A stretch of DNA of 64,000 nucleotides from Hyphomicrobiales bacterium (lineage in GTDB: Bacteria > Pseudomonadota > Alphaproteobacteria > Rhizobiales > TMED25). The notes beneath the pieces are model-generated. The model made no database searches. It saw only the letters and a program-made list of their open reading frames with translations, and had not been told where the DNA came from. Shown piece by piece: positions 8,759 through 17,414 of the stretch. Numbering within the stretch: position 1 is the stretch's first letter; each line of letters begins with the position of its first letter. The stretch spans positions 62,456 through 126,455 of the forward strand of contig JBMYRO010000001.1 of assembly GCA_049602435.1 (NCBI GenBank). Direction: 5' to 3'. A program made the position numbers and the translations under genes.

Positions 8759-9808
8759 TCATAAAAAATCGTTCCTAGGTAAAGAAACTGGTTCACCAAG
8801 CTCAACTGATAAGTCTGCAGCTTGATATACTTGCATAACTAATTTGGCTTCTTCTGCAGTTACCATAACAGGAGTATCAAAAACTATTGAATTTATAAAA
8901 TGATTTATCTCTTCATGCATTGAACCTGCAAAAACATGATCTATTTGTTCCCCTGGCATTGATGATAGAGGATACCTGATTCCATCCTTTGTGGTGTTAA
9001 GCTGTATATCCTTGTGTGAGTCATCAATTGTAAGTGTACCATCAGTTCCAACAATTTCTATGAATGCTTGAACATAATTAGGGTAGCCAATTGGAAGAAT
9101 CCAACCAATTCCAATTGTGATAGTGGTCCCATCATCCATTGTAATCATTACCCATTGATGATCCGGAGTCTCACTTTTTCGTGAAAATAATTTTCCTGAA
9201 GTTTGAGAGTATACTCTAATTGGTTTTCTTGGTTGCATTGCCCACAGGACAAAATCTAAATCGTGCACACCTGCAATCGATGTAGGTGACATTTTTGATC
9301 TCCCAGTAATCTTTTCACCAAGTTCTCTTGTTGAGTTCCTTGATATAAGACAAGTAACAGGATCACCTATGAGACCTCCCTTTAATGCTTTATTGATATA
9401 CGCATATCTCGGGTCAAATCTTCTGGAGTAACCTACAGTCATCTTTAAATTATTTTTACTTGCAAGTTCAAGAGCTTGATCAGTTTCAGCAATTGTTGGT
9501 GCAATTGGTTTTTCTACAAAAACATGTTTCCCTTTCTCCAAACATTCCATCACAATTGGGAAACGAACTGTTTCTGGTGTCATAGAAATGACAATAGCAT
9601 CAATTTCTGGGTCACCTGCAAGTTCTCTCCAATCATTAGTAATTCGATCAGGTTTTAACTCTTTTTTGAGCTCCTCCACTCTACGCTCGTCTATCTCTGC
9701 AATAGATAACTGGTCAATTAGGGGATTTTTTCGGCAAGCTGCTGCTCTAATACCGCCAACCCATCCAGCACCAATTACGGCTACATTTATTTGATTTAAC
9801 TTTGCCAT
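8759..9808 (-). CDS. Gfo/Idh/MocA family NAD(P)-dependent oxidoreductase
   Basis: Rossmann motif VAVIGAGWVGGIRA and an EKP motif (VFVEKPIAPT). It is the first gene of the minus-strand unit. Confidence 0.85.
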   Translation of the reverse strand: MAKLNQINVAVIGAGWVGGIRAAACRKNPLIDQLSIAEIDERRVEELKKELKPDRITNDWRELAGDPEIDAIVISMTPETVRFPIVMECLEKGKHVFVEKPIAPTIAETDQALELASKNNLKMTVGYSRRFDPRYAYINKALKGGLIGDPVTCLISRNSTRELGEKITGRSKMSPTSIAGVHDLDFVLWAMQPRKPIRVYSQTSGKLFSRKSETPDHQWVMITMDDGTTITIGIGWILPIGYPNYVQAFIEIVGTDGTLTIDDSHKDIQLNTTKDGIRYPLSSMPGEQIDHVFAGSMHEEINHFINSIVFDTPVMVTAEEAKLVMQVYQAADLSVELGEPVSLPRNDFL

Positions 9809-9855
9809 TTAGAAAATAAATTCAATTTAAAAACAAAATCACTTTAACATAGAGT

Positions 9856-9944
9856 AATTAGTTTTCATTAAAAAAAATTAGATTTTAATGAAAATTAGGA
9901 TCTATTGACAATAGGTTGAATTATTGCAAATATTGAAGTTTAAT
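9856..9944. promoter_or_regulatory. Divergent control region with a candidate operator palindrome and sigma-70-like boxes
   Basis: A perfect inverted repeat TTTTCATTAAAA (9862-9873) / TTTTAATGAAAA (9883-9894) is separated by 9 nt. AATTAG occurs three times (9856, 9876, 9893). TTGACA lies at 9905-9910. TTGAAT (9916-9921), 17 nt, then TTTAAT (9939-9944) lies upstream of the ATG at 9974. Confidence 0.35.
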
Positions 9945-9973
9945 TATCTAATAGATTTCTGGGGGGAACACAA

Positions 9974-11350
9974 ATGGATATAGCTCAAACATATGCTAAG
10001 TATACAAAAGAACTTAAATATGATGATCTACCAGACGATGTAGTGGATCATGCCAAAAAATTAATTCTTGATATAATGGGAAATGATATAGGGGGCTATG
10101 AATGGATGGAATCTGGGCCCTCAATACTTGATGGTATTAGAACAATCAACAGAAATGCAAAAGGTGCGACTGTATTGGCTACTGGTGAACAGATGGCTCC
10201 AGAATGGGCATCGTTTGCAAATGCGTCAATGGCACATAGTTTGGATTATGATAATCATCATGCGAAAGGCGTGATTCATGCTGGAGGAAGTGTTATAAAT
10301 TGTGCCCTAGCTGTTGGAGAAGAAAATAACCTCAGTGGGAAAGAATTAATAACATCTGTTGTGATTGGTTATGAAATTGCTTGCAGGTTAGCAATGGCAT
10401 TAGGACCACATTCATCGCATGAAATGGGTTTCCACCCAACAGGAACATGCGCAACTTTCTCTGGCTCTGCAATAATTGGTCGAGCTAGAAAAATGTCTGA
10501 AGAACAAATTGTCAATGCTATGGGATTAAATGGATCCCAAGCTGCGGGATCGATGCAATATGTTGTAAATGGAGCCTGGAACAAAAGAACTCACCCAGGA
10601 ATTAACACTCACTCAAGTTTTATTGCAGCTACACTTGCTCAGTCAGGTTTTATTGGGGCAGCAGAGGTATTTGAAGGTAAACAAGGTTTCCTCCAAGGCT
10701 ACGCATTAAGACCAATACCAGAGAATGCAACCAAAACACTTGGTAAAAGTTATGAAACACTCGAAAATGCGATTAAACCATTTCCATTATGTCGTTATAA
10801 CCACCAAACTCTTGATCTCGTAATTGATTATCAAAAAGAACACAACATCGACACTAAAAGGATTAGTAAAATTGTTATTGATATGCCGACTTATGGTGTG
10901 CAACTATGTGGCTCTCCTATTGAGCTTAAACGTAACCCAAAATCTCCAGTTGATGCTCAATTTTCAGGGTGTTTCGCAGCAGCTTTAGCTTTAACTGAAA
11001 AAAGAGCAGATATGCAAACCTTTACAGCAGTCCTGGAAAAAGGTATGACCGATGAATTTAGGAGATTATTATCAATAACTGATATTAAACAAGCTGATGA
11101 TCTAGATGCAATTCATCCTGAATTCTGGCCGGGCAGGATTACAATGACAATAGATGATGAAGATGTTGAACTATACGGGAAGCACATGCGAGGTGAAAAA
11201 GAACGTCCAATGTCAATTGAAGAAGTACAAGATAAATTTAGAGATTTAAGCCCAAACCATGACAGTAAAAAATTAGATGAAGTGTTTAGTGTTATCAATG
11301 ATCTGGAAAACGCTGATATTGATGACTTATTATCACCACTTAGAAAATGA
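9974..11350 (+). CDS. MmgE/PrpD family protein (2-methylcitrate dehydratase-like fold)
   Basis: 458 aa. The family-typical N-terminus reads YAKYTKELKYDDLPDDVVDHAKKLILDIMGNDIGG, with full-length resemblance to the family. A GGGGGGA SD is present. Confidence 0.85.
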   Translation: MDIAQTYAKYTKELKYDDLPDDVVDHAKKLILDIMGNDIGGYEWMESGPSILDGIRTINRNAKGATVLATGEQMAPEWASFANASMAHSLDYDNHHAKGVIHAGGSVINCALAVGEENNLSGKELITSVVIGYEIACRLAMALGPHSSHEMGFHPTGTCATFSGSAIIGRARKMSEEQIVNAMGLNGSQAAGSMQYVVNGAWNKRTHPGINTHSSFIAATLAQSGFIGAAEVFEGKQGFLQGYALRPIPENATKTLGKSYETLENAIKPFPLCRYNHQTLDLVIDYQKEHNIDTKRISKIVIDMPTYGVQLCGSPIELKRNPKSPVDAQFSGCFAAALALTEKRADMQTFTAVLEKGMTDEFRRLLSITDIKQADDLDAIHPEFWPGRITMTIDDEDVELYGKHMRGEKERPMSIEEVQDKFRDLSPNHDSKKLDEVFSVINDLENADIDDLLSPLRK

Positions 11351-11372
11351 TAACATAACAGGAGTTATATGA

Positions 11373-12473
11373 ATGTTTAAGATTGCAAAAATTGAAGCAT
11401 GTGCTGTTGCTATTCCACTAAAAATGCCTATTAAAATGTCTGGGATACTTATTGAAACATGTGATAATTTAGTTGTAAAAGTAACAGATTCAGATGGAAA
11501 TGTTGGCTGGGGTGAAGCATCATCAGCACCAACAATGACAGGTGAAACTGTTGAAGGACTTGTTGCTGCAACGAAATTTATGGCAGACAGACTCCAAGGA
11601 ACTGAGGTTACAAGTAATGATGAGTTAGTCAATCTTATTGAACCTCTAATGGTAGCAAACCATAGCGCAAAATCAGCGATTGATGGCGCATTATATGACC
11701 TGATTGGTAAACATTTAAATAAACCAATGTATGAAATTCTTGGAGGAAAAAACCGTGAAAATGCACCTATGTTTTGGATGATCGCAGGAAGCAGTGATGA
11801 ACTTGAATTAGCTAAAGCAAGAATTGATGAGGGCTATGTTGCATTCAAAGTTAAAGTTGGTATGAATGAGCCTTCACACGATCTTGATAGATCAGAGAAA
11901 TCTAGAAAAATTTGCGGTGATAATGTCCATGTGTCCGCTGATGCAAACCAAGGTTACCGTCCAGAAGACGCTTTTATATTTGCAAAAGGAGCTGGTAAAG
12001 CCGGGCTTGATTTCTTTGAACAGCCTGTTCATGGTCATGACATAAAATCAATGGCAAAATGTGCAGAGTTATGTGAAGTTCCAATTGGTGCTGATGAAGG
12101 AATTCACTCAATTGAAGATATTCAGAAACACTATGACCAAAATGCAGCTATGGGTGGTAGCCTCAAATTGATAAAATTAGGAAGTGCACAAGGGGTAATG
12201 GAGGGAGCAAAATTAATGCAGAAATTATCAATGTCTGTAAATCTTGCTGGAAAAACTGCCGACACAAGTATTGCAAGTGCAGCAATTTCTCATTTAGCAG
12301 TTTCTCTTCCTACACTTGAATGGGATGCAAGTGTTACCAATCAATATCTAGTTGATGATGTAGCCAAGAACCCAATCCAAGTTATTAATGGAAGAATAAT
12401 TACGCCTGATGGCCCGGGACTTGGTATTGAAGTTGATGAACAAAAGATCGAACAGTATAAACGTGCAGTATAA
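11373..12473 (+). CDS. Enolase-superfamily enzyme (mandelate racemase/muconate-lactonizing subgroup)
   Basis: Capping domain GWGEASSAPTMTGE. Barrel motifs are FKVKVG (KxK), DANQGY, FEQP, ADEG and LKLIKLG. An AGGAG SD lies upstream. Confidence 0.85.
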   Translation: MFKIAKIEACAVAIPLKMPIKMSGILIETCDNLVVKVTDSDGNVGWGEASSAPTMTGETVEGLVAATKFMADRLQGTEVTSNDELVNLIEPLMVANHSAKSAIDGALYDLIGKHLNKPMYEILGGKNRENAPMFWMIAGSSDELELAKARIDEGYVAFKVKVGMNEPSHDLDRSEKSRKICGDNVHVSADANQGYRPEDAFIFAKGAGKAGLDFFEQPVHGHDIKSMAKCAELCEVPIGADEGIHSIEDIQKHYDQNAAMGGSLKLIKLGSAQGVMEGAKLMQKLSMSVNLAGKTADTSIASAAISHLAVSLPTLEWDASVTNQYLVDDVAKNPIQVINGRIITPDGPGLGIEVDEQKIEQYKRAV

Positions 12474-12479
12474 GTAAAT

Positions 12480-13460
12480 ATGACTGTTGTTAATATCGGT
12501 ATTCTTGGAGTTGGTAATTGGAGTAAAAAACTTGCAAGTACAATTCAAAATATTGATAATGCGAACTTGTTAACGTGCTTCAGCAGAACAAGTCATACAA
12601 GGGAGGAATTTGCTCAAAAATTTGGTTGTGAACCTGCAATATCCTTTGATAAATTCATGAATGATAGAAGGATAGATGGAATAATCATTGCTACTCCTCA
12701 TACAACACATGTAGATCTGATTTGTTCAATTGCTAAATGTAAAAAACACATTATGGTTGAAAAGCCATTAGCGTTATCAACCAAAGATGCAAAAAGATGT
12801 GTTGAAGTGACAAGGGCAAACAACGTACTCCTTCAAGTTGCTCACTACAGGAGATTATTACCAGCAACAAGGTTATTATATGATAATATCAGCAATAATA
12901 CTCTCGGGAAAATACATCTAATAGAAAGTAACTTTAGCCGACCCTTTGGACCGGATCCCAACAGGCCATGGAGGGACAATGAAATAGAAGCTCCAGCTGG
13001 TGCATTCACAGCACTTGGTGTTCATATGATTGATAATCTAATATATCTAGGTGGTGACGTACAATCTGTAAATGCATTAAGTAGTGTTTTGGATGAAGAT
13101 AATCCTCTTGATGACATTACATCTGTTCTATTAAAATTCAAAAACGGTGCGCATGGTGTTATCAATACCTCTTTGAGATTACCGTTTATTGCAAATCTAT
13201 GCGCTCAAGGTAATTTAGCCTCTGCCTGGAGCGAAGAGGATGGTCATAAGTTTTTCATTCAAAAAATAAATGAAGAAAAGAGAACAGAAGTTTCATTAAA
13301 TAAAATTGATGGTGTAGAACAGAATTTAAGAAATTTTTGTAATTCAATAATTCATCAAATAGAACCTGAAACAAATGGTGAAGAAGCCACAAAAGTTGTA
13401 AGAATCCTTGAAGCAATAGTTGAATCTTCGGCTAAAGATGGTCTTAGTGTTCAAATATAA
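12480..13460 (+). CDS. Gfo/Idh/MocA family oxidoreductase
   Basis: Rossmann motif IGILGVGNWS and an EKP motif (IMVEKPLALS). It starts 6 nt after the enolase-superfamily gene. Confidence 0.8.
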   Translation: MTVVNIGILGVGNWSKKLASTIQNIDNANLLTCFSRTSHTREEFAQKFGCEPAISFDKFMNDRRIDGIIIATPHTTHVDLICSIAKCKKHIMVEKPLALSTKDAKRCVEVTRANNVLLQVAHYRRLLPATRLLYDNISNNTLGKIHLIESNFSRPFGPDPNRPWRDNEIEAPAGAFTALGVHMIDNLIYLGGDVQSVNALSSVLDEDNPLDDITSVLLKFKNGAHGVINTSLRLPFIANLCAQGNLASAWSEEDGHKFFIQKINEEKRTEVSLNKIDGVEQNLRNFCNSIIHQIEPETNGEEATKVVRILEAIVESSAKDGLSVQI

Positions 13461-13644
13461 AATAATATCTAAATATACAAATTAGCATAGATTTTTACTT
13501 GTAACTTTTCATCTAAAATATTACCCGATTATTTCTTCAGATAAAAAAATTCGTGCTTAAATTATTACTTGCTATATCTAATCAATGGGACTATCGTGAA
13601 ATTTATGTATGCGGTATCAAACTATTTTTTAGGGAGAATATAAC

Positions 13645-14718
13645 ATGTTAAAAAATAGAAATTTATTTATGATTTGTGCGCTAGCGCTCACTTTCATAAT
13701 AACATCAGTGACTACTGCGTCAGCTGATAAAATTAAACTAAGAATTGCATCAGGTCATCCAACTGGAGTTGTCTATGCAGGGCTAATGCAAAGTTATTTT
13801 CAACCAATGCTAGCTGAAAGAGTGGCTGAGCGTACTGATCATGAGATCCAGTGGATTGAAGGATACAGTGGAACAATTGCTAAAAACCCAGAAGTTTTGG
13901 AAGCAGTTCAAAATGGTATAACAGATATTGGTGGAATGTGCTTCTGCTTTGAGCCATCAAACTTACCATTACATGCATTCCAAGTGATGCTGCCATTCGG
14001 TACAATGAATCCAATGACAAGTCTTAGAATTGCTCAAAGTGTTTATGCTCAGGAGCCATATCTGACTAATGTTTTTGAAGATGATTTCAACCAAGTTCTA
14101 CTTGCGAGGATAACAGACCAAGGGTACAACCTTGGTACAACATTCCCATGGAAAGATCTTTCAGAACTCGAAGGTGAAAAAATTGCTGGTGCCGGTCTTA
14201 ACCTAAATTGGCTAGACTATGCTGGTATTACACCTGTGCAAGGTACACTTTCAGAAGCATATACAGGTCTTCAAACAAACCTATATGAAGGTTGGGTAAT
14301 GTTCCCAAGTGCATGGGTTAACTTGAAGCTATATGAACATGGTGACCATTACACATTAATTGGTTTTGGTGCTATGACATGGCATGGCTTGACTATCAAC
14401 AAAGATTCATATGACAAACTTCCTGATGATGTTAAGGAAATATTACATGAAGTTGCAATGGAATATGAAGAACAAGTTGGTATTGTAAACAAAAGGGAAT
14501 ACCCACAACATCTTGACACACTCCGTGACAAGATCACTGTTACAGAACTACCAGCTGACGTAAGAGCTGCATGGGCTGAGTCTCTCGCTGATTGGCCACA
14601 ATCAGTAGCAAGCGACCTTGAATCAAAAGGCTTACCTGCAGTTAGAGTGCTAAATCTTGCACTTGATGCTGCTGAAGCTCAAGGGTACAAGTGGCCTGTT
14701 CGTTACGTTGTTGAATAA
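13645..14718 (+). CDS. dctP: TRAP transporter substrate-binding protein (DctP type)
   Basis: 357 aa with a signal peptide (ALALTFIITSVTTASA). It is followed by small and large TRAP membrane subunits. A GGGAGA SD is present. Confidence 0.8.
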   Translation: MLKNRNLFMICALALTFIITSVTTASADKIKLRIASGHPTGVVYAGLMQSYFQPMLAERVAERTDHEIQWIEGYSGTIAKNPEVLEAVQNGITDIGGMCFCFEPSNLPLHAFQVMLPFGTMNPMTSLRIAQSVYAQEPYLTNVFEDDFNQVLLARITDQGYNLGTTFPWKDLSELEGEKIAGAGLNLNWLDYAGITPVQGTLSEAYTGLQTNLYEGWVMFPSAWVNLKLYEHGDHYTLIGFGAMTWHGLTINKDSYDKLPDDVKEILHEVAMEYEEQVGIVNKREYPQHLDTLRDKITVTELPADVRAAWAESLADWPQSVASDLESKGLPAVRVLNLALDAAEAQGYKWPVRYVVE

Positions 14719-14733
14719 AACAATCTAAAAATT

Positions 14734-14760
14734 CACGAGGTGTCCAATGGGCACCTTGTG
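14734..14760 (+). promoter_or_regulatory. GC-rich intercistronic stem-loop between dctP and dctQ
   Basis: CACGAGGTGTCC-AAT-GGGCACCTTGTG forms a 12-bp stem (10 Watson-Crick pairs and 2 G-U) with a 3-nt loop. It starts 16 nt after the dctP stop and has no U-tract after it. Confidence 0.6.
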
Positions 14761-14783
14761 ATGTCAATATTACATAAAAGAAA

Positions 14784-15296
14784 ATGTATCTAGTTAAACT
14801 AAGTGATAAAATAGCAAAAGTAATGATGGTCATTGCTGCATTGTGGGCATTTTCGCTCGCTTTCCTTATTCTTGCTGATGCATTATCAAGAAGTTTTTTA
14901 AATATTCCTCTTAATGGAACAAAGGATATAGTCGAAAACTCAATTGTTGTGATTATATTCTTTCAAGCTGGCTATGCCATACGGTCAAGATCCATGCTTC
15001 AATCAGACATATTAATTTCACAGGTATCTCCAAAAGTAAAAAAAGCTCTTCTAATTATAGGATATTTGTTAGGTATGTTCTTCTTTTATGTCATGATAAC
15101 TGGTAGTTGGGACCTTGCTTTCCAAGCTTTTGCCAAGGGTGAATATGAAGGCGAGGGCGCATTAAAAGTCCCTACTTGGCCGACAAGGTTTATAATTATA
15201 TTTGGAAGTATTTTCTGCTTCATAAATTATCTGGTTCTTGCAATAGTAGATATTTTCAACATTGATGATGATGATAGTTGGGGTAACAATGCTTGA
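14784..15296 (+). CDS. dctQ: TRAP transporter small permease (DctQ type)
   Basis: 170 aa with four predicted TM segments. It lies between the DctP and DctM genes. Confidence 0.75.
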   Translation: MYLVKLSDKIAKVMMVIAALWAFSLAFLILADALSRSFLNIPLNGTKDIVENSIVVIIFFQAGYAIRSRSMLQSDILISQVSPKVKKALLIIGYLLGMFFFYVMITGSWDLAFQAFAKGEYEGEGALKVPTWPTRFIIIFGSIFCFINYLVLAIVDIFNIDDDDSWGNNA

Positions 15297-16626
15297 ATTT
15301 GAACTAATACTTATAGGCTTACTTCTATTTTTTGTAGCTATCGGTGTACACATTGTTATTGCATTGGGGGTAACTGCAGTACTTGGTGTTTATTTTGCAT
15401 TTGGCGATTTTGAGATGGTCCAAAAATTGGTAGGAAGTACATCATATGAAGGACTTCGTAATTATGTTTTCGCTGTTATCCCGCTATTCATGTTAATGGG
15501 TGAATTTATAAGTAAGTCAGGAACAATTACTGATGTATACAGAGGAATTCAAAGAGGATTAAGAAAGTTACCCGGTAGGCTTGCACTTGCGACTGTGATG
15601 GGTAATGCAATATTCTCATTTGTGACAGGTGTATCAATAGCATCAGCTGCTGCTTTTACGAGAATTGCATATCCTGAAATGAAAAGACACCGATACAATA
15701 ATGGTTTCTCACTTGCATCAATAACTGGATCTAGCGTTCTCGGTATGTTAATTCCACCAAGTGTTCTAATGATCGTTTGGGGTATTTTAACAGAAAGATC
15801 TATTGGTCAGATATTCCTTGCTGGTGTTATTCCAGGATTATTACTTACTGGTTTATTCATAGTCTACATACTTTGTGCTGCATTAATTATGCCAAAACTA
15901 GTTGGTTTAAACAAAGATGGCACACCCATTGAAGTTGTTGATCAAAAAGAAGATGTAGATTTGGAAACACAGGGTAGTGTTTTATGGAGCTCAATATGGC
16001 TATTTGGAATAATAGCAACTGTTTTAGGTGGTATTTGGGTTGGATTTTTCTCTCCTACTGAGGGAGCAGGTGTAGGAGCTGCATTGGGATTAATATTAGC
16101 AATTTCAAAGGGTGCTACGCGAAAAGATATCATTGGAACTATATTATCAGTGGGAAGAACTTCAGCACCAATACTCTTGCTGCTTCTGACTGCATCTCTT
16201 TACTCAAGATCACTTGCTATGACTGGTGTTACTTCAACCATACAAGACTTGTTCCTTTCCACAGGATTTGGTTATGTAGGTATTGTACTCTTAATGATGC
16301 TCATATGGTTCATCTTGGGGATGATAATTGATAGTATTTCTATAATGCTTCTAACCGTTGCAATATTTGAACCTATTGCTGTGTCATTAGGAATTGAGCC
16401 ATTTGCATTCGCAATAATAGGAATCATCGCTATTGAAGCAGGACTATTAACACCACCATTTGGTCTGTTAGTCTATACCGTAAAGGCGTCCGCAAGAGAT
16501 AAAGATGTGAGACTTGGTCAGATATTCTATTATTCAATACCTTATTGGATCATAATGTTGTTCACTGTAGTGTTGTTGCTTCTATTCCCAGGAATTGCAA
16601 CATTCTTACCTAATCTATTATTTTAA
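15289..16626 (+). CDS. dctM: TRAP transporter large permease (DctM type)
   Basis: Polytopic membrane protein of about 445 aa. I prefer ATG 15289 (MLEFELILIG...), which overlaps the dctQ stop (ATGCTTGA). The track's start at 15262 (MMMMIVGV) lies inside the dctQ C-terminus. Confidence 0.85.
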   Translation: MLEFELILIGLLLFFVAIGVHIVIALGVTAVLGVYFAFGDFEMVQKLVGSTSYEGLRNYVFAVIPLFMLMGEFISKSGTITDVYRGIQRGLRKLPGRLALATVMGNAIFSFVTGVSIASAAAFTRIAYPEMKRHRYNNGFSLASITGSSVLGMLIPPSVLMIVWGILTERSIGQIFLAGVIPGLLLTGLFIVYILCAALIMPKLVGLNKDGTPIEVVDQKEDVDLETQGSVLWSSIWLFGIIATVLGGIWVGFFSPTEGAGVGAALGLILAISKGATRKDIIGTILSVGRTSAPILLLLLTASLYSRSLAMTGVTSTIQDLFLSTGFGYVGIVLLMMLIWFILGMIIDSISIMLLTVAIFEPIAVSLGIEPFAFAIIGIIAIEAGLLTPPFGLLVYTVKASARDKDVRLGQIFYYSIPYWIIMLFTVVLLLLFPGIATFLPNLLF

Positions 16627-16640
16627 AAATTAATATTTGA

Positions 16641-16716
16641 TGGTGCCCTGACCTAGATTTGAACTAGGGACACAACGATTTTCAGTCGTTTGCTCTACCA
16701 ACTGAGCTATCAGGGC
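16641..16716 (-). tRNA. tRNA-Phe (anticodon GAA), CCA encoded
   Basis: The reverse complement folds as a cloverleaf: GCCCTGA-TA-GCTC-AGTTGGTA-GAGC-A-AACGA-CTGAAAA-TCGTT-GTGTC-CCTAG-TTCAAAT-CTAGG-TCAGGGC-A-CCA. Confidence 0.95.
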
Positions 16717-16766
16717 ACAGTGTATGTTTACACAAGAATATTTATATGAACTTTTTTATGAGAAGT

Positions 16767-16961
16767 CTAGTGATCTTTTTTTAATATATCACTTAATTCT
16801 ATATCGTCATAAATGGCATCATCAGTGATCTTTTCACCAGGAATATAATACCTTCCCGACAACCAATTACCTAAATCTTTATTAGCACACTTATCTGAAC
16901 AAAAAGGTGCATGTTCACTTTGAGATTTATTTTTGCATATTGGACAGTTTTTATTATTCAT
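16767..16961 (-). CDS. yacG: DNA gyrase inhibitor YacG (zinc-finger protein)
   Basis: 64 aa with a CPICKN...FCSDKC zinc ribbon and NWLSGRYYIPGE, typical of YacG. Confidence 0.85.
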   Translation of the reverse strand: MNNKNCPICKNKSQSEHAPFCSDKCANKDLGNWLSGRYYIPGEKITDDAIYDDIELSDILKKDH

Positions 16962-17006
16962 AGCCTATATTAGTATTTTTTTTATCATTGATGATGACTC
17001 ATAGTT

Positions 17007-17414
17007 TTAATTAACAAAATATTCCCTAATACCAGAACTTGTTCCATCGTTTAGTATAAGTTTTATTGAAACTTTTTGAGTGGATGGTGGAATTATACGA
17101 AACTTTTCTATGTCCTTTACCTGTCCATTGCACATTGGAAGCACTAATATATTATTTGGTTGTGAGTCATTTATCCCATATCTAACTTCTTTTATTGAAC
17201 ATCTATTTTCTATTAGATATTCAAACCTAATTATTAGATTAGAGTCCTGAAAATCAAAGACCAACCATGACTCTTTACTACTTAAATTTTGTTTGTGATT
17301 AGTTGTTAACTGAAATAAAAAAGAAAATAAGATTATTAATAGGATAATAAATAAAATTTTATATTTATTATTTTTAAAAATATTACTTCTCTTTCCATCT
17401 ATATTTGACGTCAT
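17007..17414 (-). CDS. Hypothetical membrane-anchored protein
   Basis: ORF with one N-terminal TM helix (ILFIILLIILFSFLF) and a soluble domain of about 95 aa with 2 Cys. I recognise no family. I prefer ATG 17414 (MTSNIDG...), which still overlaps the maf 3' end by 32 nt. The track's start at 17483 lies deeper inside maf. Confidence 0.5.
   Translation of the reverse strand: MTSNIDGKRSNIFKNNKYKILFIILLIILFSFLFQLTTNHKQNLSSKESWLVFDFQDSNLIIRFEYLIENRCSIKEVRYGINDSQPNNILVLPMCNGQVKDIEKFRIIPPSTQKVSIKLILNDGTSSGIREYFVN

Noticed and set aside
15262-15288. The MMMMIVGV N-terminus of the dctM ORF and the (GAT)4 microrepeat.
   Set aside because: The ATG run is the out-of-frame reading of the dctQ C-terminal DDDD codons (GATGATGATGAT). 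The real dctM start is ATG 15289, which overlaps the dctQ stop.
4455-16716. A G+C shift as evidence that the catabolic cluster is horizontally acquired. Single-line spot counts gave 6001-6060 = 26/60, 10381-10440 = 28/60 and 14581-14640 = 29/60 G+C. The comparison lines gave 1321-1380 = 10/60 and 3661-3720 = 14/60.
   Set aside because: Conserved core enzymes elsewhere are just as G+C-rich in spot counts (dapD 39181-39240 = 30/60, argB 45361-45420 = 23/60). The shift therefore tracks protein conservation rather than foreign origin. I also found no integrase, no transposase and no direct repeat of the tRNA-Phe 3' end at the rpoN-proximal border. A proper windowed GC and codon-usage analysis is needed.
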